Assembly (NCBI GenBank): GCA_963826535.1
Contig: CAWGXL010000011.1
Coordinates: forward strand, 448,809-512,808
Origin: an uncultured bacterium
GTDB lineage: Bacteria > Patescibacteriota > Microgenomatia > Levybacterales > UBA12049
Length of the DNA stretch: 64,000 bases
Direction of reading: 5' to 3'
Below are positions 9,006-19,401 of this stretch, piece after piece; position 1 is the first letter of the stretch, and every line of letters begins with the position of its first letter. Below the pieces are notes generated by a model. That model searched no databases, was not told the DNA's origin, and saw only the letters and a program-made list of their open reading frames with translations. The translations under genes and the position numbers were made by a program.

Positions 9006-9107
9006 ATATTTAAATATATATTAAAGTGTACATTTCGTCAAGACGGATTATTTTTTTCCTTGACAGGGGGAGAGCTGTCTTGTAAGATTAATAAACCCTT
9101 TTTATTT

Positions 9108-9434
9108 ATGTCAGATGTCATTTTTACAGATCTGAATTTTAAGAAAGATGTTCTTGGAAATAGTCTTCCGGTAGTCCTGGATTTTTGGGCTCCGTGGTGT
9201 ATGCCATGCCGGATGGTTTCGCCTATTATAGAGCAATTAGCAAGTGAGTATACGGGGAAGGTGATTGTGGGGAAGATGAATGTTGATGAGAACACTGAGA
9301 CTGCATCGCAATTTGGCATTATGAGTATTCCGACAGTAATGGTTTTTAAAAACGGTAAGCCGGTTAAGAGTCTGATCGGGGCACAGAGGAAAGACAATTA
9401 TAAGAAGATGATTGAAGAAGCGCTCGCTGCGTAG
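9108..9434 (+). CDS. trxA: thioredoxin
   Basis: WAPWCMPCR active site. Start taken at MSDVIFTD. The upstream extension of the track ORF was rejected. Confidence 0.85.
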   Translation: MSDVIFTDLNFKKDVLGNSLPVVLDFWAPWCMPCRMVSPIIEQLASEYTGKVIVGKMNVDENTETASQFGIMSIPTVMVFKNGKPVKSLIGAQRKDNYKKMIEEALAA

Positions 9435-9439
9435 CAGCG

Positions 9440-9630
9440 AGTAAATCCGAAGCACGAAATCCGAAATACGAAACAATATCAAATGACCAAAATACAAAAC
9501 GTTTTGGACATTTGGTATTTGAAGATTAGCCCCGCAAGGGGATCAAGAAATTTGTTTCGAATTTCTCCCGCAATCGTAGATACGGGATCCCGCTATTTTC
9601 ATAGTCGGGAGATATTCGAATTTCGGATTT
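9440..9630. repeat. AT-rich palindromic element copy in the trxA-trxB spacer
   Basis: cgaagcac..atatcaaa and caaaacgttttgg palindrome core shared with the 23S IVS start (23955-23975) and with 37095-37117. Confidence 0.45.
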
Positions 9631-9637
9631 TTTATTT

Positions 9638-10564
9638 ATGGATACTTTATATGACGTTATTATTATTGGTTCCGGGCCTGCAGGTCTGACTGCTGCTTTA
9701 TATACTACGCGCGCAAGTTTGAAGACTCTTATTATTGCCGGAGAAAAGTGGGGGGGGCAACTGATGCTTACTACTCAGGTGGAAAATTATCCGGGGTTTC
9801 CTGATGGAATAGAAGGACCGGAACTTATGATGCAGATGCGGAAACAAGCGGAGAAATTCGGGGCAGAATTTGTTGAGGAGAGTTTCGCGTCAGGAGATTT
9901 CCGCAAGGCTCCATTTGTGGTTAAAACATATGAGAAAATATTTCAGTCGAAATCTGTAATTATAGCAACCGGCGCGGATACAAAGTGGCTTGGTGTTACG
10001 GGTGAGATGGAGAAGATCGGGCGCGGTGTTTCTTCGTGCGCACCGTGTGACGGACCATTTTTTCGTGATAAGGATATAGTTGTAGCAGGAGGAGGGGATA
10101 GCGCAATGGAGGAGGCTATCGTACTGACACGCTTTGCTAAAAGCGTCACACTTATTCATAGGAGGGAAAGTTTCCGGGCGTCTCCAATTATGATTGAAAG
10201 AGCTCAGAAAAATCCTAAAATTAAAATTATTTTAAATAAGCGAATTGTCGAGATTTTGGGGAAAGACCGGGTTACAGGTATTAAGCTTACCGATGCTAAG
10301 ACAAATGAGATAACGGAGATGAATATTGAAGGGGTTTTTGTGGCAATTGGTCACATGCCAAATAGTAAGGTTTTTCAGGGCATTGACAGAGACGCGCTAG
10401 GGTATATTGTTGTGCACGCGCATACGAAGACGAATATTGACGGCGTTTTTGTGGCGGGGGATGTTCATGATAGCGCATACCGTCAAGCAATTACTGCTGC
10501 GGGGTTTGGTTGCGCTGCTGCACTTGAGGCGCAGTGGTGGCTGGAAAAAAAAGATTTGGCATAG
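9638..10564 (+). CDS. trxB: thioredoxin-disulfide reductase
   Basis: IIGSGPAG FAD motif, CAPCDG redox-active disulfide, GGGDSAMEEA NADPH motif. Confidence 0.85.
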   Translation: MDTLYDVIIIGSGPAGLTAALYTTRASLKTLIIAGEKWGGQLMLTTQVENYPGFPDGIEGPELMMQMRKQAEKFGAEFVEESFASGDFRKAPFVVKTYEKIFQSKSVIIATGADTKWLGVTGEMEKIGRGVSSCAPCDGPFFRDKDIVVAGGGDSAMEEAIVLTRFAKSVTLIHRRESFRASPIMIERAQKNPKIKIILNKRIVEILGKDRVTGIKLTDAKTNEITEMNIEGVFVAIGHMPNSKVFQGIDRDALGYIVVHAHTKTNIDGVFVAGDVHDSAYRQAITAAGFGCAAALEAQWWLEKKDLA

Positions 10565-10584
10565 CAACTCCTGCGAAATAAAAT

Positions 10585-12612
10585 ATGGAGAGCTCCTTAA
10601 AACAACATAATGTAGAACAAGCTAAGCCTGGATTCGATATCAAGCCGGTCATCGAGCAAAAGCCGTTTGAAAGTCCGCCAGTGCGAAGGTTTTTTGCAAA
10701 ATGGTGCGAGATTAACGATTCAATTCAGCCACAAATTGTCAGCCGCGATGATTGGGAACAAAGAGGTGAGAAGGGGATATTGGAAAAAAGGCCGGACAAC
10801 AAGAAAACTCTATTCATCCCCAAAGATTTACAATTGTGGGAAATGATCGGAGTTTTAGAGGTGGTAGAAAATGATACTTTTATCGATAAACCAGAACGAC
10901 AGGGGGAAGCAAAAGAAAAGATTTTACAATTAGGAAAAACATTTAGAAATGCTGGGGTGTACATTGCTCAGCGATTAGACTGCGTAAATGAAGGAAAATC
11001 TATAGCTTCTAATCTTGCTGAGGATTTTTACCAGTATGGTCAATCTCTTGAGACGGGTAAAAAATCTGAGGAACATGCTACTGTTGAGGATATTGCCAAA
11101 CTTACTTTAACCCCCGAAGAAACAGAAGCAGTTGATCATTTTCTTGCAGGAGACAGCCTGTATGAATCACGACAGGCAAGGGCCGAGAAGTTATCTATTA
11201 CGGATCCCTTAAAAAGAGATGAATTTTATGAAGCAGAACGTCGAAGAACCCTCGGCAAATTTTTCAAAGCTACAGAGAAAGCTTTTGAATTAAAAGGTAA
11301 ATCTGAAAGAGGAGAGTTACAGAAGTCCAAAGCTGACGTGAAGCCGTGGCAGAGGCGCACTCCTGTCCACAGTGCATTTGTTGCCAAAAGTGAAAAAGGA
11401 TTGACCCAACAGATTGAAACTCCAAAAAGAGAATTGGAAGATAGTTTTTTTCGTCGAGGCTTGGAAAAAGTTAAAAATGAGATGACACAGCCAGGGTGGG
11501 GGCAGTTTATAAATTTCGTCCTTGAAAGACATGGGTTTGATTATCGTGTTGGGGAGAAAAAAATTATTGATTCTTTAGGCATAAAACAGCTTAGAACAGA
11601 ACTTGAAATCCTCAGACAATCAGGAGATGTTAGCAAAATAAGCGCAAAAGAGCGAAAAATCGCAGATAAAATTCAAGCAGAAATCAACAGCTTACCGCGT
11701 CATGATGCAAATAATCCCTCAGAAATACTGGCGAATCAATACATTAATTGTTTGGGTGCTTCTATCCTCGGAGGAGCGCTAATGCGGGAGGCTGGGTTAA
11801 ATTATCTCCTAGGCGATTTGCCGCGGCATTCGATCTTGTTATTAGTTACAAGCGATGGGCATGTAGAGTGGAGGGATATGCAAAAACCTTCACACAACGA
11901 AATTTTAACAGATAAGATGATCGGCAGTAGAAGAAAAGATGGTTCTACGCTTACGGTTTCTGATATTGTGGAATTTAGTAAAAAGCCTCAACCCGAGGGA
12001 TTGATGCTCGATTTTGACAATAGAAAATATCGAAGGAAACTTCCATGGGTCAAAAAAGGAGAAAGACAATACGTAACCATGTTTGCACCTGAATACGGTC
12101 AAAAAATTCAATTATTAAATAATACAGGCATAGCCCTTTCAAAGCTTGGTTTAATGGAGGAGGCAATTGAGGCATATCGTGAGGCAATTGCACTTGATCC
12201 GAAATACCCGCATCTTTATTCCAACCTTGGCATTGACCTTAAACATCTAGGTAGAAATGAGGAGGCAATTGAGGCATATCGTGAGGCAATTGCACTTGAT
12301 CCAAAAGATGCCAAATCCTACAACCGCATCGGAGATGCCCTTTCCGAGCTTGGGGATAACGAAAAAGAAACAGAAACCTATCGCCAACGTCTTAAAGAGG
12401 AGGCAATTGAGGCATATCGTGAGGCAATTGCACTTGATCCGAATTACTCCCATCCTCACTTTAACCTCGGCAGCACCTTTTATGAACTCAATCGCGATTC
12501 AGAATCGATTGAGGAATACCAGAAATTTATTCGCTTAGCAGACAAAAATAAAGATTATTGGTTAATAAACGAAGCTGAAGAAGCAATTACTGAATTAAAA
12601 AACGAAGCGTGA
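10585..12612 (+). CDS. TPR-repeat protein (unknown N-terminal domain plus C-terminal TPRs)
   Basis: EEAIEAYREAIALDP(K/N)Y repeated. Three identical 47-nt repeat units lie at 12162-12448. Confidence 0.6.
   Translation: MESSLKQHNVEQAKPGFDIKPVIEQKPFESPPVRRFFAKWCEINDSIQPQIVSRDDWEQRGEKGILEKRPDNKKTLFIPKDLQLWEMIGVLEVVENDTFIDKPERQGEAKEKILQLGKTFRNAGVYIAQRLDCVNEGKSIASNLAEDFYQYGQSLETGKKSEEHATVEDIAKLTLTPEETEAVDHFLAGDSLYESRQARAEKLSITDPLKRDEFYEAERRRTLGKFFKATEKAFELKGKSERGELQKSKADVKPWQRRTPVHSAFVAKSEKGLTQQIETPKRELEDSFFRRGLEKVKNEMTQPGWGQFINFVLERHGFDYRVGEKKIIDSLGIKQLRTELEILRQSGDVSKISAKERKIADKIQAEINSLPRHDANNPSEILANQYINCLGASILGGALMREAGLNYLLGDLPRHSILLLVTSDGHVEWRDMQKPSHNEILTDKMIGSRRKDGSTLTVSDIVEFSKKPQPEGLMLDFDNRKYRRKLPWVKKGERQYVTMFAPEYGQKIQLLNNTGIALSKLGLMEEAIEAYREAIALDPKYPHLYSNLGIDLKHLGRNEEAIEAYREAIALDPKDAKSYNRIGDALSELGDNEKETETYRQRLKEEAIEAYREAIALDPNYSHPHFNLGSTFYELNRDSESIEEYQKFIRLADKNKDYWLINEAEEAITELKNEA
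12162..12448 (+). repeat. three copies of an identical 47-nt unit (gaggaggcaattgaggcatatcgtgaggcaattgcacttgatcc) inside the TPR gene
   Basis: Copies at about 12162, 12258 and 12402, read directly from the sequence. Confidence 0.8.
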
Positions 12613-12803
12613 ACGTAATCGCATTTAGCGCGGTGGTTTGAAATTCTAAAGATATCTCTACAAGACTAAATTTACTATCCTCAATGTTAACTTAGATGTC
12701 ATTTTATATGTAAATTTGTAATGTGGCTCCTTGACAATTTATCTTGTGGTATTTACAATGCAAGACGAATCGATCTTATTGCCCCTCTGAGAATTCCTCA
12801 CTA

Positions 12804-14183
12804 ATGAACGTTGCTGAATTTTTATTGGAAAAAATAAAAACAAAAAAAATAATTGTTGGTATTGTTGGTTTAGGGTATGTTGGATCATACCTAGCAGCTC
12901 TCATTGTCAAAAAAGGTATAGAAACAATCGGATTTGATATCAGCCAAAAACGGGTTGATACTCTCAAGCTTCAAGGCAAGAAATTACTCAGGGCAACAAC
13001 AGATATGTCACTTTTGAGAGATTGTGATGTTATCCTTATTTGTGTACAAACGCCAGTTGATGAAAATAAGTTACCTGATCTTCGTTTCCTGATAGCAGCG
13101 ACGGAACAAACGGCTGCGTTTTTGCGGAAAGGTCAATTGGTTATTGTTGAAAGTTCGATTGCAACGGGAACAACAAGAAACGTAGTATTTCCATTATTAG
13201 AAAAGGTAGGTTTGGTTCATGGTTCAGACTATTTCCTGGCGTTTTCTCCTGAACGGGTTGATCCGGGGAATAAAAATTTTACGCTTGATCAAATACCAAA
13301 AGTGGTTTCCGGGTTGGATGGGTTGTCACTCCAATTAACTGTCGTTTTTTATGAACAAATTATGAAGCAGGTTGTACCTGTTACTTCGCTTGAGACTGCC
13401 GAGATGGTAAAGCTTGTTGAGAATACATTTCGTCTGGTAAATATTAGTTTGGTTAATGAACTTTCAGTTTATGCAAAAAGTTGGAATGTTGATATGTGGG
13501 AAGTTATAAAAGCCGCAGCGACCAAGCCATTTGGATTTATGCCGCATTACCCAAGTCCGGGTGTTGGCGGGCATTGTATTCCAATTGACCCTTTTTATCT
13601 TTTTGAGGACGCGAAAAAACGCGGGGTGTACTTGAGTTTAATTGATACAGCGGGAAAAATTAATGATGCACAACCTAAAAAAGTAGTACAAAGGGCAATC
13701 GAAATACTTAAAGGACAAAAAGTTTTTGATAAAAAACTTTCTGAAACCGGTGCCCGAATTTTGCGGATGTTTAGAATGAGGCCGGTATTGAATCTTGCAC
13801 AGCAGACTTTTCCCTTGGCGGGGCAAAAGGGAGGGAAGAGCTTAGCTGTACGCAAAAAGGGTAAGCATAATATCTTGTTAGTTGGTCTTTCTTATAAGCC
13901 GGATGTTGATGATGTACGAGAATCACCTGCCTTACATATCTGGAGAATGCTGGAAAAGTCGGGTTGTAGTGTAGCGTATCATGACCCTCACGTTCCATTG
14001 TATAAAGGTACAGCATCACAGTCATTAACTCCTGATGTACTTGATCAACAGGACCTGATTATTATTGTGACTAACCATAGTATGGTGGACTATGCAAAAT
14101 TAGCAAGTCAAGGCATACCGGTGCTTGATACACGGAATGCTTATTCTAATGGGTCAAAACAGCCCCATATTTACAGCTTATGA
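12804..14183 (+). CDS. nucleotide-sugar dehydrogenase (UDP-glucose/UDP-ManNAc dehydrogenase family)
   Basis: GIVGLGYVGS Rossmann motif and GGHCIPIDP catalytic Cys motif. Start moved to MNVAEF. Confidence 0.75.
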   Translation: MNVAEFLLEKIKTKKIIVGIVGLGYVGSYLAALIVKKGIETIGFDISQKRVDTLKLQGKKLLRATTDMSLLRDCDVILICVQTPVDENKLPDLRFLIAATEQTAAFLRKGQLVIVESSIATGTTRNVVFPLLEKVGLVHGSDYFLAFSPERVDPGNKNFTLDQIPKVVSGLDGLSLQLTVVFYEQIMKQVVPVTSLETAEMVKLVENTFRLVNISLVNELSVYAKSWNVDMWEVIKAAATKPFGFMPHYPSPGVGGHCIPIDPFYLFEDAKKRGVYLSLIDTAGKINDAQPKKVVQRAIEILKGQKVFDKKLSETGARILRMFRMRPVLNLAQQTFPLAGQKGGKSLAVRKKGKHNILLVGLSYKPDVDDVRESPALHIWRMLEKSGCSVAYHDPHVPLYKGTASQSLTPDVLDQQDLIIIVTNHSMVDYAKLASQGIPVLDTRNAYSNGSKQPHIYSL

Positions 14184-15118
14184 AATATACTTTAGTTACA
14201 GGCGGGGCAGGATTTATCGGAACCAATCTCTGCATAAAACTTCAAGAAATGGGTAAACAGGTTATTGCGGTTGATAATTTTATTACTTCTACAGGGCAGA
14301 ATTTGGCATCCATTAGTAATCCAAATTTTATTTTTGTAAAACATGATATTACTAAACCATTTCCTTCAAGAATCAAGAATCAAGAATTAAGAATTAAGGA
14401 GATATATCATTTGGCTTGTCCAACAGGTGTGCCCAACGTTACAAGACATTCTGAAGAAATGATCAGGACGTGTTCTGTAGGGACGATCAATGTTATGGAA
14501 CTTGCTAAGGAAAAAGGTGCAAAGGTGTTATTTACCAGTTCAAGTGAAGCTTATGGTGATCCCGAGGTGTTTCCGCAAGATGAAAGATACACCGGCAATG
14601 TCCATCCGACAGGCGTCCGGAGTCCGTATGAAGAAGGAAAACGTTTCTCAGAAAGTATTGTCATCATGTATGTTCGTAAATACAAAGCTGATGCAAAAAT
14701 CGTGCGTATTTTTAACACTTATGGTCCACATATGTCTTTAAAAGACAGCCGGGTTATTCCAAATTTTATCAAGCAAATATTAAACCACACACCACTTACA
14801 GTCCAGGGGGACGGAACACAGAAAAGAACTTTTTGTTATGTCGATGATCTGGTTGAAGGATTAATGATCGTTATGGATAAAGGCACAAGCGGTGAAGCGT
14901 ATAATCTCGGCAGTGACCAGGAAATTCAAATTAAAGATCTAGCAGTACTGATTCTTAAGCTAGCAGACGCCAAAAATACAACAGAGTTTGTCAAACGGCC
15001 AAAACACGATCATCAAGGGCGTCGTCCATCGCTGGAAAAAGCATCAAAGATTGGATGGAAAGAAAAAATAAACCTTGAGGATGGGTTGAGGAGGGCACTA
15101 GCATGGTATGGATTATAG
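14180..15118 (+). CDS. NAD-dependent epimerase/dehydratase, UDP-glucuronate decarboxylase (UXS)-like
   Basis: VTGGAGFIGTNL and S..YEEGKR catalytic region. 4-bp overlap with the upstream gene. Contains a heptamer tract at 14367-14398. Confidence 0.7.
   Translation: MKYTLVTGGAGFIGTNLCIKLQEMGKQVIAVDNFITSTGQNLASISNPNFIFVKHDITKPFPSRIKNQELRIKEIYHLACPTGVPNVTRHSEEMIRTCSVGTINVMELAKEKGAKVLFTSSSEAYGDPEVFPQDERYTGNVHPTGVRSPYEEGKRFSESIVIMYVRKYKADAKIVRIFNTYGPHMSLKDSRVIPNFIKQILNHTPLTVQGDGTQKRTFCYVDDLVEGLMIVMDKGTSGEAYNLGSDQEIQIKDLAVLILKLADAKNTTEFVKRPKHDHQGRRPSLEKASKIGWKEKINLEDGLRRALAWYGL
14367..14398 (+). repeat. (CAAGAAT)3(TAAGAAT) heptanucleotide tract inside a CDS
   Basis: Encodes ..SRIKNQELRIKE.. within the epimerase/dehydratase gene. 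Confidence 0.7.
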
Positions 15119-16338
15119 GGTTATTAACACTCACGGGATATAATTTTTCTTTTTGGGTTATTGTTGGTTTGATCAGAGTAGTTTATGAAAGAGTATTTCC
15201 TTCGGCCACACCGGTCGCAAGACCGATAAAAAATGCAATAACTATCAATGATATTGCAGCTATAATTCCAGCACACAATGAAGAACTTTCAATAACACGC
15301 ACCATAACTGCGCTTTTGAAGATTTTGCCTCCGCACCGCATTTATGTTGCAAGCGATTTTTCAACGGACAGGACCCTTGAGATTGTTCGTAAACTTGGAG
15401 TTAGATCAGTTGATCTCCGGCCAAACCGCGGAAAAGCAAAGTCGCTAGTATCTATTATGTATGAATACAGGATGCTAGACGCATATAAAGCAATTATTAT
15501 TAATGATGCCGACTCTGAAATAGATATAAATTATGTCAAATTGGCATTGCCTTATTTTAATGATGAAAAAGTTGCATGTATTGCGCCTCATGGTGTGACA
15601 AGGTGGAGGAAATACGGATTTTGGGAAGAGTTTTTTGTGGCATATAGAATACGGCTGTGGAGAATTGTTCAGCTTGGAATGCGGTATGGGCAAACCTGGA
15701 AGTTTACAAACGTCAGTTATATAGTTCCCGGTAGCCTATCGTTTTATAGAACTAGTGTATTGAGGCAACTTGAAATAGATGCACCCGGATTGGTAATTGA
15801 AGATTTCAATATGACATTTGAATTGCATAAGAAAAAGCTTGGGAAAATAGCATACAACCCGAAGATCATTGGAATCCATCAAGACCCGTATAACCTGAGA
15901 GATTACATTAAGCAAATTCAACGCTGGAATGTCGGATTTTGGCAGACTGTCAAGAGGCATGGCATTTGGCCAAGTCTTTTTTGGTTATCTACCGGGTCAT
16001 TTATTATTGAATTTCTACTGTATACATTGTTTATGGTACTTGTTCCAACAATTTTTGTTCTGTATGTTCTTTCATCATTTCAGCCATTGGATATCCCAAT
16101 TGTCTCATCAAATCTTACATTTACTGATTTTCTCATAGGTATTTTTGCAGTAGATTATATCACCACAATAATTGTTGCGATTGTCGAGAAGAAACCAATT
16201 CTTCTTATGTACGGGCTTGGTTTTATTTTTCTTCGAATTCTTGATTCTATAGTTTATCTTGGATCAATTCCAGTTGCATTTCTCACAAAATCAGACGGCA
16301 CCTGGAGTAGTCCTGTCAGAAAAGAAGCTGTAGCATGA
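15103..16338 (+). CDS. family 2 glycosyltransferase, polytopic membrane (processive synthase-like)
   Basis: IIPAHNEE and DAD..E motifs. QRWNVGFW (QxxRW-like). Multiple C-terminal TM helices. Confidence 0.6.
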   Translation: MVWIIGLLTLTGYNFSFWVIVGLIRVVYERVFPSATPVARPIKNAITINDIAAIIPAHNEELSITRTITALLKILPPHRIYVASDFSTDRTLEIVRKLGVRSVDLRPNRGKAKSLVSIMYEYRMLDAYKAIIINDADSEIDINYVKLALPYFNDEKVACIAPHGVTRWRKYGFWEEFFVAYRIRLWRIVQLGMRYGQTWKFTNVSYIVPGSLSFYRTSVLRQLEIDAPGLVIEDFNMTFELHKKKLGKIAYNPKIIGIHQDPYNLRDYIKQIQRWNVGFWQTVKRHGIWPSLFWLSTGSFIIEFLLYTLFMVLVPTIFVLYVLSSFQPLDIPIVSSNLTFTDFLIGIFAVDYITTIIVAIVEKKPILLMYGLGFIFLRILDSIVYLGSIPVAFLTKSDGTWSSPVRKEAVA

Positions 16339-16411
16339 GGTAACACACTAAAAGGAAACTGGGAAAGGTACTAATAGTTGTTGAACATAAGGATTGACTG
16401 TGTAAGGTGAA

Positions 16412-17539
16412 TTATTTTGCTTTGCGTATTTTATTCCAAATTTCAGGGTCTTCGCCACCTAGGCGCCAGAAATGAACACCTGCAATGCCAAGATCTCTGG
16501 TAAGTTCTAGTTTTTCAAGAATACTGAATTGGTCTTCATACCAGACAAGCCGTCTTTCAGGACCATTATAATACACAAAATGTGGTGTCTCGGATTTTTT
16601 GTCCCACAAGGGGACTACCTTCCCCGAAGGGTCGTCCCATAGAGGGTCAATTTTGAATTGCCGCGTTATTGCCATAACTTCTTCATATTGAAGGTCATTA
16701 TTTATACCTTGATAGGAATCATCTTGTTTTTGGTGCCATTCTATTCCCATAAGTCCTGCTCCAAGAAATGCTTTTTCTCTTGGGACTTTTCCTGAGGTTA
16801 ATGCATAGCGCATTACACGTTCAATCCATTCTATCGAGCCGGCAGGTCCCGGGTCTGAGAAAAAACCGTGTTCAAGGTAGGTCATAAAATGCAGTTGATC
16901 TGCCCAGCGCCCAATACGCTCTAAATCCTGCGCATGTGAACCGTTGTCTTCTTCCGGCTTAAATTCGCCTGTTTTGGGATGGATTGCAACGGCAAGTATT
17001 TTCTCCTTTTTATGAAGGACAACAGAGAGTTCTTCGATAAAAAGGCTGAAATTTTCTCTTTGATTGCGTTTAAGAGCTTCGTAATCAATAAGAACTCCAT
17101 CGAATTTTTTTTTCTCAGCTAATGCCATTAATGCTTTGATATGCTTATTTCTTGCTTGTTCTGTTAAGATAACGCGTTCAACGCGTTGCGAGTCCCAATT
17201 CTCTTCAGACGTATCATCATCTGCGAGGTTTGCCACGAGCATCAGGGTTTTGACATTATGCTTCTTGGCAAAATTGATCGCGGAAACGTCTTCATTTGCA
17301 TATTTATACTTTTCAATATTTCCCGATTCATCCAGGTGGTACCAAAAAAAGGAGACTAAATCAATGCGCTCAACATTTTTTTTAAATGATTCCATTGCCC
17401 GTTGCTGATCCCAGTAAGGGATGGAGGCAATAACAGTTAAATTGTCTGAGACGACATTTTTTTGCATAAGACCTTCAATAAAAACAAACACGAGCAAAAG
17501 CAATATAAGAATTGTAAGGCTAATAATATCCCTTTTCAT
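16412..17539 (-). CDS. GH18-like glycoside hydrolase (chitinase fold) with N-terminal anchor
   Basis: FDGVLIDYE matches the DxxDxDxE GH18 catalytic motif. N-terminal hydrophobic helix. Confidence 0.55.
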   Translation of the reverse strand: MKRDIISLTILILLLLVFVFIEGLMQKNVVSDNLTVIASIPYWDQQRAMESFKKNVERIDLVSFFWYHLDESGNIEKYKYANEDVSAINFAKKHNVKTLMLVANLADDDTSEENWDSQRVERVILTEQARNKHIKALMALAEKKKFDGVLIDYEALKRNQRENFSLFIEELSVVLHKKEKILAVAIHPKTGEFKPEEDNGSHAQDLERIGRWADQLHFMTYLEHGFFSDPGPAGSIEWIERVMRYALTSGKVPREKAFLGAGLMGIEWHQKQDDSYQGINNDLQYEEVMAITRQFKIDPLWDDPSGKVVPLWDKKSETPHFVYYNGPERRLVWYEDQFSILEKLELTRDLGIAGVHFWRLGGEDPEIWNKIRKAK

Positions 17540-17711
17540 ACTTAGCAGATATTATACCTAATTTTTTGCGTCTTTTTTTGATCATATCACTTATTCCGTG
17601 ATTTTTTAAAATCCGATGGCCGCTGGATTTCCCTCAAACGCCATAACGTGAAAAGTGTAAAAACGTCTATCTATTGATTGTCTCTTTAATCAATGATAGA
17701 CTACGCCAGGA

Positions 17712-18635
17712 ATGCCAACTCAACAAGATAAACCAAACGATTTAATAATTACCCCTGAAAAACTTTGGCCAAAAGAGCTTCTTTACTGGCGACGAATGAG
17801 TTCGAAGCATATTTCAGATTATAAAAATAACACTCCAAAAGAGAAGCGGTTGCTTCTGTATGTATGGGGCACGATAGAATCCCATGGCCCGGTGAACGCA
17901 GTTGCCAATGATACTTTTCTAGCGGCAATAGCAGCAGATAAAGTGGCGAAAATACTTTACGAGCAACATGGCATTCAGCCGATCATTGTTGATACGTTCA
18001 AAGATGTCGGCACTCCGTCGGCAACATGGGAATTCCCCGGAGCTCTTGGCTATGAGAGTTTGCTTAAACAGTTATGGGAGCAAACCCTTGCAAGGACTGT
18101 GGAGAAAGAAGGATTTAAAAGGCATTTTATTGTGAATGGGGACGGGGGAAATTGGCTGAATGTTTGGTCGAGACTCAAATGGGAATCAGGTTATATTCGT
18201 AAACTTATTCATGAGAATAAAATCATTTTGGACGGCTCGAATTGGGATCAGGAGGAGGGCGAGCCGTACGTACATGCCGGAGTGTATGACCATGCATTAA
18301 TCGTATGGGCTTGCAATTACGCGCCTGAGTTTGAGCGCCTTTCAGCGCTTCGTCATGGTTTTCGAGCAGCAACAATGGATGAAATACAGCAAGCCAATAT
18401 AGATGGGGTAGATATGGCGCACTTGGAAGACGAGCCTTACCGCACTAGTGATTGGAGTCAATACCCGGGGCAGGACAAATATTTGTCTGTTACTGAATTT
18501 ACACTGAAGAAATACAAAGAGGTTCTCTATAATCCCGACGGCACGGCGAGAACTAAAGGTGGAGTACAAGCTGATTATGAAGCGAAAATAGATAATTTGA
18601 TGGAGAGAATTCTTGCTGTCATGAAAGCGAAATAG
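17712..18635 (+). CDS. creatininase-family amidohydrolase-like protein
   Basis: GTIESHGP and NGDGGN resemble the creatininase-family E.HGPH and NGHGGN motifs. Weak. Confidence 0.35.
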   Translation: MPTQQDKPNDLIITPEKLWPKELLYWRRMSSKHISDYKNNTPKEKRLLLYVWGTIESHGPVNAVANDTFLAAIAADKVAKILYEQHGIQPIIVDTFKDVGTPSATWEFPGALGYESLLKQLWEQTLARTVEKEGFKRHFIVNGDGGNWLNVWSRLKWESGYIRKLIHENKIILDGSNWDQEEGEPYVHAGVYDHALIVWACNYAPEFERLSALRHGFRAATMDEIQQANIDGVDMAHLEDEPYRTSDWSQYPGQDKYLSVTEFTLKKYKEVLYNPDGTARTKGGVQADYEAKIDNLMERILAVMKAK

Positions 18636-18692
18636 GCCTCCAAGCACATCCGCTTGTTGTTTTTCGCATATTTTTTGCTATAATCCTGTATT

Positions 18693-19376
18693 ATGACTGA
18701 GCGATCAAGAAGAGTTGGAGGCGTTGAAGTATTAAATGGAGACCGGGTAGAAGGCAAAGATGTAACACGAGCAGGATTACGAGTGTTACAACGGCGTACT
18801 ATTTTGTCCCCTGACGTAGCCTTTGGCAAGGGAGTTTATGATGATACCGTAAAAAATCCTAATGGCTCAATAGGACATAGATTTTTGACTATTTACCCTG
18901 ATGGCGCGGTTATGGTTCTGCCCGTAGTAAGAAGACCAAGAGCTAGTAGGACAATTCTTTATCTTGGTAAAAATTTGATGCTGTATGGAATTGGGGCGGC
19001 AGAGGAAGCAGGGGAAATTGAAGCCCTGGGCAGCCGTATCGGCAAGCATAGGACAGCCGAAGAGGCTGCAACAACTATTGTTGAGGGCAAGGGATTGAGG
19101 ATCAAAGAACTAGTAAAGGTTGGAAAAACCAATGAAACTTCAAGCAGACAGTATAATTGGACCGATAAGTTCGCGGCACTGGTTGAATCTAAAATTAATG
19201 CAAAACAAGTGGAAAAAGAAAACCTGTTAGCGGTTTCATTAACTGAGGCATTATGGATGATAAGAAATGGTATTATAACAAACGACGCAACCATTTCGGC
19301 TATTCATTTAACTCGAGAATACCTTAGAATGACTTCCTCTTCTCAAGGCATTGTCAGACCTACAACAGGGAAGTAG
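18693..19376 (+). CDS. hypothetical protein
   Basis: 227-aa ORF. Confidence 0.4.
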   Translation: MTERSRRVGGVEVLNGDRVEGKDVTRAGLRVLQRRTILSPDVAFGKGVYDDTVKNPNGSIGHRFLTIYPDGAVMVLPVVRRPRASRTILYLGKNLMLYGIGAAEEAGEIEALGSRIGKHRTAEEAATTIVEGKGLRIKELVKVGKTNETSSRQYNWTDKFAALVESKINAKQVEKENLLAVSLTEALWMIRNGIITNDATISAIHLTREYLRMTSSSQGIVRPTTGK

Positions 19377-19401
19377 TGGCTAGGGTCGAAAGAACTAGAT
19401 T

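Noticed and set aside
9000-9107. N-terminal 36-aa extension of trxA, and similar extensions at 2199-2264, 12744-12803, 42182-42298 and 37169-37177
   Set aside because: Extensions are non-conserved. Paralog or family alignments start at the internal Met, and for 2199 the extension overlaps vapC.
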